From: Octopus bimaculoides
Lineage: Eukaryota
Direction: 5' to 3'
Assembly: GCF_001194135.2 (NCBI RefSeq)
Contig: NC_068986.1
Location: 111,459,560-111,523,559, forward strand
DNA length: 64,000 nt
The position numbers and the translations under genes are program-made. A model generated the notes under the pieces. It saw only the letters and a program-made list of their open reading frames with translations. It ran no database searches and was not told the DNA's origin. Positions 53,463 through 64,000 of this stretch are shown in pieces; position 1 is the stretch's first letter, and each line of letters begins with the position of its first letter.

Positions 53463-53758
53463 TATAATTATNNNNNNNNNNNNNNNNNNNNNNNNNNNNN
53501 NNNNNNNNNNNNNNNNNNNNNNNNNNNNNNNNNNNNNNNNNNNNNNNNNNNNNNNNNNNNNNNNNNNNNNNNNNNNNNNNNNNNNNNNNNNNNNNNNNNN
53601 NNNNNNNNNNNNNNNNNNNNNNNNNNNNNNNNNNNNNNNNNNNNNNNNNNNNNNNNNNNNNNNNNNNNNNNNNNNNNNNNNNNNNNNNNNNNNNNNNNNN
53701 NNNNNNNNNNNNNNNNNNNNNNNNNNNNNNNNNNNNNNNNNNNNNNNNNNNNNNNNNN

Positions 53759-53795
<37 letters not shown>

Positions 53796-54774
53796 TATAT
53801 CTTTATATGTATGTATGTAGCTATGTATACGTGCATACACCCACATTTTGCTACATTTCTATATATGCTTGTATATAAGTACTTATTTCAAACCGTAAAT
53901 TTTTTTTGCCAAATTTATCATTTGCTTACAGATGAAGACGCATCTATGTTTAGTTGCTAATTCTACACACTGAAAATTTCAAATAACATATTCTGTGCTC
54001 CATATTCATCCCTTTGGCTGTTACCACATTAATTCGCAATGCATGTACATCTCCTTCCTCTACCTCCTCCTCATTTTTCACCTCCCACCACCACTCCCTC
54101 CTCGAATTTAGTGTTTCACAGATCTGTTTAGTAATCTCTATTATTCTTCTAAAACCTCACCCTGAGGGGAAAACAAGGATGTCATTATTTTCTACTCACT
54201 CTTCCTTGACTTTATAACATTATAGATTGCCTCGCATCGATATTTTCCGCAATATTCATTGCCTGAAACCAAAAGTGGTGAATCTCGTCGTACAATTCAC
54301 TACCTGATATGAAAGTAATTATAGAAGCACCATACTGCAGATTTAACATTTTCTCCGATGCTATACATACTTCAATCTAAGATTTGACATTGCATGCTTT
54401 TACTCTTAATCGAAGATTTAATCATCTGACATTTATTACACAACTAAAACCAGACATCGTTGGCCAATGAAAGAAAACATGAGTTTAAATGAACAAATAT
54501 CTCCATGTTTGACTACACAATTATTAATGCTGCCGTAGTTATTCCATTGAATGCATCTCTCATACAATAAACTACCTGAGAATCCAATCTACACTGAATC
54601 AGTTAATCAATGTTGAAGTTCGCAATACTTAAATTAAAGGTGCTGTTCGAAAGTATTCACCTACCGCATCTGTAAACTAACGGAAAGCCTCTGACTCGTC
54701 AAATTATCAGCTAAAAAGAGCGACGAATTCCTCTTGAAATTACGTTTTACCGTTCGAAAAAAGAGAGAATACAC

Positions 54775-54851
<77 letters not shown>
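54775..54851. repeat. (AGT)n microsatellite
   Basis: Read directly. Confidence 0.97.
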
Positions 54852-55014
54852 AAGCAGCAGCAGCAGTAGTAGTTGTTTTTGTTGTAGCTGCAGCAGTAGC
54901 ATAAGTACTATATTATTTCAGAAAAGAAAGTTGGAATTGTTCATATTTCAACAGAAGCAGTTTTGATGTTGTATCGATTATTCATTTGAATATTATACCC
55001 TACTCTAGGGTGTC

Positions 55015-55160
55015 AATATGGCAGAATCGTTAGCATGCGGGACAAACTGCTTAGTGTCATTTCATCTATTTCTTAGGCTGAGGTAGATTTTGCGTTACAC
55101 CCTTTCGGAGTTGATGAAAATGAATACCAGTATAACTATGGGGTTGATGTAATTGACTCT
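55015..55160 (+). mobile_element. SINE family A copy (internally deleted)
   Basis: GGCAGAATCGTTAGC...GAGGTAGATTTTGCGTTACACCCTTTCGGAGTTGATGAAAA...GGGGTTGATGTAATTGAC. Confidence 0.75.
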
Positions 55161-55224
55161 TGAGGTATTAATGCTTATAGCAGAATGGATTATACACAAA
55201 GTCGGTGAAAAATTGTTGCCCTTA

Positions 55225-55448
55225 CGAGCTGGCAGAATCGTTAGCACGCCGCCGAAATGCTAAACGTTATTTCATCTGTCAGTCCGTTCTAAGTTCAAAT
55301 TTCTCGGAGGTCGACTTTGCATTACATTTTTTCAGGGTCGATAAAATAAGTATCAGTTGAAGCCTAGGGCTGAAGTAATCAACTTATCTCCTCTGCAAAA
55401 TGACCGCCCTTATGGCAAAATTTGAAACCATTATTATTATTATTATTT
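55225..55448 (+). mobile_element. SINE family A copy with (ATT)n tail
   Basis: CGAGCTGGCAGAATCGTTAGCACGCC...GTTCTAAGTTCAAATT...GGAGGTCGACTTTGC...CAGGGTCGATAAAATAAGTATCAG. Confidence 0.88.
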
Positions 55449-56540
55449 CCATTTTACTTCGCAGATCCATCACCCACCTTCTTTACTTGCGCTGTACGAG
55501 CGTACAGAGATATTTTGCCAATAGTCTCACAGGTTCTGTTCCCACGATACTTAACACACAAATATCAATCTGAGAATAGTAGCTGTCATCAACAGAGCAG
55601 TTTATTTTGGGCATGATACAACCCTCTGCATTCTAAGTTCCTCAAATCTGATTCCTATTCCTCCCAGTGCCCCTACAACTACTGCAATGACAGTTACTCA
55701 CTTCATTGCCCACATGCGTGCAATTTCCTCTTTCAGCAGGTTTATATGCCTGCTCTCTGAGTATCAACTGTCGAAACACATTAGATTGTAAAATCACATA
55801 AATCTTATATTCATTATTCTCCATGACGCCTTCTGGTTTATGTTCGTGCCATTTCAATACCCTTTCAATAATATAAATCCAATTACGCTGTTGATAAACC
55901 GTTCCATATCATTTTCAAATAATCCGTTCAGTTCTTCGGTCACATCTCTTCCTTTTCTGACTTTAACCAGCAGTCTTTATTTCCGCACTCCAAGGACCAC
56001 ATTTCGCCTTTTTCCTGATCCTATCCCTACGTTTTAGTTCCTCATATTTCTCCTTATTCCTCATTTCACCCTGTTTCTTTCCTTGCAAGGCATTTATATG
56101 CTTTCGTAGTCCTTTTCTGTTAACCATCTTTTCCACCAATGCTCCTTTGCTACATTTCCAATTTAGCCGTTTTGTTTGAGTCCTACTTTCTTCCTTATAA
56201 AGATATCACAAGCTTTAATCAATTTATTCATGCTCATTATAATATCTGTCTTAATTTCTTGCAGTATTTTATTCACCTTCATAATAAATCTCCTGAGCAA
56301 CATTACTACCCATTTGCCTAAATTCGTATCCTTCCGTGGCCAGGTTTTTCTCAATAATACCAGTGATGCCTTTGATTTTTCCGTTGTTTTCATCGCCCAG
56401 TCCTTCTGTATACTAAGACTTAAACCAGGGTAATTCTCCCGGGAACCTTCATTCAAATAGACCCCGTCAAAAATCTGTTTATCTCCTTGATCCTCACTCA
56501 CCGTATTTTCGATCGTCATACGCCACATAATCTTATCAAA
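55449..56540 (-). mobile_element. internally deleted R4/Dong-type element (pre-RT region joined to RLE; RT missing)
   Basis: ORF 56163-56528 (KVNKILQEIKT...NKLIKA) is pre-RT like. NGLFENDMERF at about 55900 is followed within about 40 nt by WHEHKPEGVMENNEYKI, then VVGALG and TALL.TATILR, a 3'UTR and (TAA)n. Confidence 0.72.
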
Positions 56541-56911
56541 CTCTATTGATGTTAAACATTTTCTCTTTCTTATAATAGTTATATACGCATAGTGTCTCTG
56601 GACTGTAGTATAAAAGCCCTACATCTAAATGCGATGCATTCTCCATCTAAACGTGATGCGTTCTCTTTCTAAGTCATCTAATGGTCTTTCATCATCAACT
56701 GGTGTACAATAAAATACACATGCCAAGGTAGATGCATTCATCGCCTTACAATTATTCTGAATAATCTGTCCGCCAGAATAATCAAAAACGTATTAGTTGA
56801 AAACAACAGACACCATGCCATCGTAATCTGCAGACCGCAGACTGCAAGGCATCATGCAAGGCTATATGAGTTACAAAACCTACAATAAAAAGAAAATAAC
56901 ACAAAAAAGTA

Positions 56912-58748
56912 TTAATTTTTGTCTTATGTATGATCTCCACAGATTAATATGAAGGAAAGCAAAGGCAGGGTATTTGTTCATAAAACGTAAACGAAAAATT
57001 AACCATCAACAATCTAACACAGGCATAGATTGTAAGAAAGGCTATGACATGATCCCACACTCATGGATAAGTGAATGTTTGAGTATATTCAAAATAGCGT
57101 GCAACATAAGAGAATTCATTAACTTTAGCATGAAGGAATGGCAAATGGATCTCTATTTGAGTGACACAGTCCTAGGGAAAGTTAATATCAATAAAATAAT
57201 TTTCCAAGGAGACTCGTTATCCTTTTTAATAGTTGTCTTCCGTTTGATTCCCACCAGTTTAGTCTTACAGAAAGCAAAGGCAGGGTATCAATTCTTAAAT
57301 AGTAATGGGAAAATTAACCCTTTGCTCTTCATGGATGATCTAAAGCTTTTCAGTAAAAATGAAAAAGAGACAGATTCCTTAACACAGACTGTAAGATTCT
57401 GCAGCAAAAATATAGCCATAGAATTTGGCATAGCAAAGGCATTCTATTACCAGATGGTGATAAATTAAAATCATTGAAGGAAGGAGAGAGTTATAAGTAT
57501 CTAGGAGTATTAGAATCTGACACAGTACTAACCATAGAAATAGAAATGAAAAGTAATATATCAGAAGCTTCAGGAAGCTAATGAAGTCAAAGCTAAATGG
57601 TCCAAATCTAGTGAAGGCTGTAAATACTTGGGCAGTATCATTACTTAGATAATCAGCATTTTTTGTAGTTTGGACAAAAACTGAATTAGCAAAGCTATGC
57701 AGAAGAAGCAGGAAGGAAATAGATATGAATGGAGGACTTCAACCAAGGCCCGGAGTAGCAAGATTATACTTACCTAGAAAGGAAGGCGGAAGAGGGTTAA
57801 TATCAGTAGAAGACTGCCTAGAGTTACCTAGAATAGATATAGAGTCCTATGTAGGTAAAGTGAAGAAAGTTTATTAAAATCTGCCAGAGTCACAGCATGA
57901 CGACATAAGGAAAACAAAAATCCAGACGAATTTCAAAACCAGAAAAAAGAACAGATCTTATCTGATAGACTGGAGAAAGCGTTGCAAGGTAGATTCTCAA
58001 AGATAGTTGCAGCAAATAGTAGTAGTGAGACATGGTTATGGTTGCAGAAAGGAAAGCGGAAGAAGGAGAAATAAAGTCTTTTAGAAGCTGCGTAAGATCA
58101 AATATTAAGGACTTATTGAAAAAACAAAAAAGATAAACACCAAGTAGATTCCTAATGTAGGTTATGCAAATCAAAAAGAAAAAAGTGTTACCCGTATACT
58201 AATAAATGTAATATGCTGCCACAGAAGGAATAAAATTTAAAAAAGGATTTGACAGTCTAGAGAGAGTAATCCATTGAAAGCTGTGTAGTGGCGTACTAGA
58301 AATTAAAAAATACAACATGCTGTGGGACTATAACATTCAGACGGAGAGAGTGATATAAGTTAGAAGGCCTGATTTGGTAGTAGGAGATGAAGAGAGCAGT
58401 AACAGCCAGATAATTGATCTTACAGTCCCTAATCGTGAAAAATATCAATGTGATTGGTATAGAAAAATAAAAATTATCAGGATCTAGCCATTGACTTACA
58501 GGGATGTGGAAAGTGCGGGTAAAATTTAACACAATATTTATAGATGCATTGGGAACTGCCCCTAAAGATCTGAACAGATGGTTAGAGGCAGCAAGCATAA
58601 AATGCAGTTTAGCACAGCTGCACAAAACAGTGTTATTAGAGACAGCTAGGATACTTAGGAGGGTTATTGTCATCTAAGGCTACTCGTAGTGGCACAATGT
58701 TAGAATTTTTTTCATTTCCAGCAGTTTGGTCTGTTGTGTGTGTATCAA
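56912..58748 (+). mobile_element. 5'-truncated decayed R4/Dong-type element (RT C-half, zinc knuckle, RLE, 3'UTR)
   Basis: ORF 56974-57468 has GIDCKKGYDMIPHSWI, IIFQGDSLS and LLFMDDLKLF. Later LYLPRKEGGRGL, CRLC and LHKTVLLETARILRR. Colinear with 25540-27235. Confidence 0.9.

Positions 58749-58823
<75 letters not shown>
58749..58823. repeat. (AAT)n tract between two R4/Dong-type copies
   Basis: Read directly. Confidence 0.97.
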
Positions 58824-58827
<4 letters not shown>

Positions 58828-59524
58828 CACATAAAGAAAAGAAAAATAACAAGTAACTGTAGAATATGTGGAGATGGATAAGAAACAATAAATCATATTA
58901 TTTCTGGCTGCCCAGTCCTGGCTAAGAAGGAATATATTCACAGACACGACAGCGCTGGGACCTATATACACTGGAAGCTATGCCAACACTATGGAATAAC
59001 AACAGAAAAAAGATGGTATAAAAACACTCCAGAAAAGGTTACAGAAAACGAGAAAGCAACCATACTCTGGGATATGCCAATACACACAGATAGAGAAATT
59101 AAGGCAAATAGACCAGATATAGTTGTCAAAGATCATGAAGAAAAAAAAATGCTTTCTAATTGATGTATCAATACCAGCAGATGACAACGTTTCTCTAAAA
59201 GAAATGGAAAAAACTTTCAAAATACAAAGTCCTGGAAATAGAGGTAACTCGAATGTGGAATCTAAAAACAGAAACAATTCCTATCATAGGGGGTATAATA
59301 AAAAAATATTCAGACAAATACATAACAAAAACACCAGGACTTACAAATATATATAACATACAGAAACTTGCACTACTGGGTACTGCACACATTCTACGCA
59401 AAACACTTTCAATACAGTAAACATAAGAGCACCACAGCACAGCAAACCAAGCAAACCAAGCAAACCAAGGCGCACAGAGCTGCGCTCGGTAGTGAAGTGA
59501 AAGCACGTTATAAAAATAAAACTA

Positions 59525-59527
<3 letters not shown>
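58824..59527 (+). mobile_element. young 5'-truncated R4/Dong-type element (CCHC knuckle + RLE + 3'UTR) with (AAT)n on both sides
   Basis: CRICGDG*ETINHIISGC, RHD, WYK..PEKV, ILWD, ANRPDIV, CFLIDV, MWNLK and GTAHILRKTLSIQ* (stop 59418-59420), with only a few lesions. (AAT)n tail at 59528-59633. Confidence 0.92.
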
Positions 59528-59601
<74 letters not shown>

Positions 59602-60044
59602 TAATAATAATAGTAATAATAATAATGATAATATTGTTAAAAGGATTGACGTAACTTTTCACAAAGGTAAACAGTCAAGACGAAGAGCTCGATTCGATTG
59701 GAAGAAATTTTATTAGTTGAACGATATTTCAACAGTACGTCTGTCTTTGTCAAGTTCAAAATAAGAAGTGATATAAATTTAAAATTATAGAAATTTAAAC
59801 GTAAACTATGAACGAGAGTAACCAGCGTCCACACGTTGATGGCATGACATCATCAGTTTTAAGTTACAATTTTATAAAAGCCGAAAAGAAAAAGACAGAA
59901 AAAAAAAGACGACAGAAAAAGAAAAAGAGAGAAACAAGAATATTTAATCAAACAGTTTTGTATAAATTTGATGATATTCTCATGTCATCTTATTTATTCC
60001 TCCATGATGATGAGATGATGATGATGATAATGATGATGATGATG

Positions 60045-60140
60045 ATTATGAAAGGATTAATATCGAATTTGACCTCAGCACACAGAGTCGGGAAAAAATC
60101 TTTTTGTCCGGTGCTCTAACGACCATCTGTCTCAAGCGCG
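60045..60140 (-). mobile_element. SINE family A fragment (degenerate)
   Basis: The reverse complement retains GTCGTTAGAGCACCGGAC...CTGAGGTCAAATTCG. Confidence 0.4.
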
Positions 60141-60661
60141 CCCCATACTCGGTTACACAACGCATGGCTCACTAAATGTGCCACAGCACATGTGTACAAT
60201 TATGTTTTCATCCGTATTATTATACGCTAACCGGAATAGCCAAACTCATCCGAAATGAAACTTTTACGCTTAGGTGGTCAATTTTGCCGTTAAATTTGAG
60301 GTCAATAGAAATCTGAAATCTCGAGCAATTCAGTTTGTTTAGAAAGGTGACCGGACGATTTCATTGTCTTATGATGAACCGATACAACAAAAAAAAAATG
60401 AGAGAATTAACGATTCCTTAAGACTTCTTTTAATTAAAGTGCATGACCCACTTACAAATATCGTTTGCAATACGTTATACGTGAAAGCTAGGTTGGTGTA
60501 CAATAAGCGTCAAGAGAGATGGCGGTAATAATAAGTAATATAGTGTTGCCCTGGATTAAGCTGTTTTTGTAAATGCTGGAACACAAAAAGAAAGTGACAG
60601 ATGCAAGGGCTGTTAGTAATGGCATTAATAAATAAAATAAATAATGCTATAACACATAAAC

Positions 60662-60696
<35 letters not shown>

Positions 60697-62284
60697 TGTA
60701 TGTGTGTGTGTGTGTGCACAGAAGAGCCATGTGTGTGTATTCATATATACATACATATATATATAAATTGATAGATACACAGATAGATATATATGTACAT
60801 GTACATGTGTATGTATGTATGAGCGTGTATGGTTGGGTATTCTCTCATTCGATCACGAACATGTGATGTGTAATCGTGAGCCAGTCTAGCAAAGTAAAGC
60901 AAATCAAAATTTGAATACATATAGTAAACTAAAATAAAAGCAAAGCATATCTCTTTATAGAATTTCTGATATAGACTCAATGTATTTTCTTTTTTCTTAA
61001 GTGTAAAACTCCTCGTAAATTCTTGCCAGTATTTTCTGTATGATGCCGTGACTGCATTGCTTTCTTCTACAGCAGTACTGTCTCTGTTTAATTATAGAGA
61101 TCTATCCAAAGAGGAACGGTTAGCTGTCAGAAACTATATAATTAAATTGGGAAGTAGAAGTGGAATGTTATATAGCAACGAGTTTCAGCAGTCGAGAAGA
61201 TTGAAATAATGTATGAGCTTTCAGGACATGAAGACTTCAAATTAATTGGGCTGGATAAATTATATTAGCCGAGTAGTGGAAGAGAATAATAACACACCAA
61301 CATATACTAACTGAATCACACAAACGCACTAAGACACATACATTCCGTTACATGTCCACCTACATACACACACATCCACAAATGTATACTTGGAAGTTCA
61401 TGAATGCATATATTTGTATGTATGTATACACTCACACATATTTTAACTATACGTATTCATTACCATATATATACACATACATATACATACATATACATAT
61501 ACATACATATATTTGTGTTTGTGTATATTCATATATACGTGTATATATATATATATATATATATATGTATTAATACATGTATGTATGCATATAGGTATGT
61601 ATACATGCATACATACATTCATATATATGCGTCTGTAGGTCATAGTACGTTCATAGATATAAAGATATTCATTTCATCATATATACATTTACATATATAC
61701 ATTCACATATATACATAAATCTGCATATATGTATACATATATTCAAACACACACACACAAGCACACACGTACATACATCTTTGTAACTACATGTAAGCCT
61801 AAGGTGTTGTATACCTGCATATGGGTGTGGGTGAGCGTGTCGATACAATAATAAATACAAATATAGAACAACTATAGAAAGTGAGTATAAAATGTAGATC
61901 AATGACATAAATAAATTGGAGATAAAAGCGATGTCAATGGACGTCGGATTCCGGCGGAAAGGAAGACAAGTAAAATAACATGAGTAAAAACTGATAGAAG
62001 CCTCGTTGAAAACATTGTTTTGTGTGTAGTTGTACAACTACGGAGTGGAATATAAATTTGGCAAGACATCGACTCTGTTGCACAGCATTCAAATATTATT
62101 GTTTCTCAAAATAAAGATTTGCTACAACTCGGAATTTGTTTGTGTTTAAGTCCCCGAAGGCCATTGTGGCAAATACAAGACGAAATCCTAAAATGTCTAT
62201 TGATTTTGATCTTTCGGACATGTTAATGTTGATATATTTGCTATTTTATCACTGAATGTTACAGATGACACGTTTGTTCGCTCG

Positions 62285-62369
<85 letters not shown>

Positions 62370-62399
62370 TAATAATAATGATAATAATAATAATAATAA

Positions 62400-62493
62400 A
62401 CATAAGAGCACCACAGCAAACCACAGCACATACCCAAGGCGCACAGAGCTGCGCTCGGTAGTGAAGTGAAAGCACGTTATAAAAATAAAACTA

Positions 62494-62496
<3 letters not shown>
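62400..62496 (+). mobile_element. 3'UTR-only micro-insertion of the 58824-59527 family inside (AAT)n
   Basis: 62434-62497 is identical to 59465-59528 (64 bp). Flanked by (AAT)n at 62285-62399 and 62497-62591. Confidence 0.88.
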
Positions 62497-62576
<80 letters not shown>

Positions 62577-63284
62577 TAATAATAATAATAATGTCAACAA
62601 TAACATTATCAGGCACTGGCTCTCATGATGATAAAGAAGGAAAAAACGAAGAATTTTGTTGTACAAAAATTTCTTTATTGCCAACATGAAACCATACACA
62701 TTGTACAAACTGTGTCACACGAAAGATGTGAAAGAATAAGTAATCTAATTTTAGTAAGACTAAACTGGGACATAGCACTTTAGTCAATTGGTTATAACTA
62801 CCTCCAGATGGCTTCGATTTTATAGTTAACTCTACGTCAATTTCTGTGGTAGTTTGATTAAATCCGATCTTGAACATTTCCTAGTTCATATCCATCTGGA
62901 AGACCGAAGCAAACCAATTATCAAGCAGTTTAGATTTACATAGATCCAACAATAATCAGTTAGATAGAGTATGTATCCATGGGTCACGATGCAAACGCAT
63001 TATCTTACCCAAATCCTATTGCATTATTTTAGAATGGTAAGGAGCAACATTGACCTTCGACCCCATAGATTTGTTCCACATATGCACACGCGGCTCTCCC
63101 ACGCTCGAAATCTCGTAACAGTGACACAAGTGTGATTATATACAGAAAATATACGAGAAATTTACCTCAACTTCTCTTCAGCATATAGTGTTGATTTGAA
63201 ACAATACCTACGGGAGAACATCCAATGGAAATTCGGAAAACAAAAACGTAAATATGAAATGTTAAATTATGTATATCCTTGAAA

Positions 63285-63620
63285 ATGGTGATTTATGGGT
63301 TCACTGGCTGACATGTTGTCTTTCTCGTTTGATCGGGATGAGGCATATGATAGCATGTTCATGTTGTTCAAAACAGTATTTATGTTGATAGAGTCACTGG
63401 GGCGATTGTGTGTGCAGCAGGATACCACCAAGTGGTGTCGAGGAATAACCTACATGGACAACCACGTGCTGATGAATAGAAGAGATCACTGGGTTATGCT
63501 AGGGTTATACACTGTTATGGTAAAGACTTTGAAGTAGACCAGAAGAGTTCAGTTGCTCTGACAGCGTGTGTAGAAAGCAGGTGTAGGACCACACACCTGG
63601 GGGAATAAAGGGAACTATGA
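63285..63620 (+). mobile_element. decayed RTE-type APE endonuclease remnant
   Basis: A GD..(V)H-like start, then LCV...GITY.D.HVLMNRRD...VK...QLL, matching the RTE APE pattern LCIxNT...ITY...IDY.L.RR.D. Confidence 0.45.
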
Positions 63621-64000
63621 TAGTGCTGCACAGGAGAAGGCGAAGGATTTGCAGAGAAATCGTGATCTGCACACAGCAGAAGAAGACACGGGGTGCAGCT
63701 TCTACCCATGGAATATTGCGTTACTGAAAATATGTCAGGACTTAATTAAGGATACAAACTTAAGGTATGATTGTCCAAATTATTCCAAACGAGCCGAGTC
63801 GAGAGAAGACATAGATACCAATCATATCTCCTCCAACTCAACGTAAAATATGAGATGAAACATTTTTTTTTTAATTACGTCTACTTCAAAACGTAAACCT
63901 AAATCGAAAAGGAACTGCGCGTAGAACAAAGTTCTAACATATAGACCCATTATCTTGTCTTTCCTAATACAAATAAGCATCTTATTAAATAGAAACATCT

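Noticed and set aside
41735-55448. Eight consecutive SINE-A copies on the plus strand as evidence of a host transcription unit
   Set aside because: Doublets reduce this to about five independent loci, too few to distinguish from chance.

Overview
This is an AT-rich animal genomic scaffold window, dense in microsatellites and broken by 12 N-gaps. The SINE families and repeat landscape point to an octopus or other cephalopod; that is inference from recognising the repeats, not a search. I find no supportable host protein-coding gene and no intact tRNA or rRNA gene. Most long ORFs in the track are translated microsatellites or run through Ns. The window holds: (1) about a dozen decayed or 5'-truncated non-LTR retrotransposons with a restriction-like endonuclease (R4/Dong type), repeatedly stacked head-to-tail inside (TAA)n tracts; (2) a Tc1-type DNA transposon relic whose catalytic triad has DD36E spacing; (3) Penelope-like (GIY-YIG) and RTE-like relics; (4) at least four tRNA-derived SINE families. 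The most interesting object is a tRNA-headed SINE carrying a minimal type I hammerhead-ribozyme fold near its 3' end (7266-7506 and 21621-22038). The second copy also has an inverted copy of its ribozyme-bearing 3' end placed in front, and the whole unit is flanked by a 12-bp target-site duplication. That arrangement is Penelope-like rather than classical-SINE-like.
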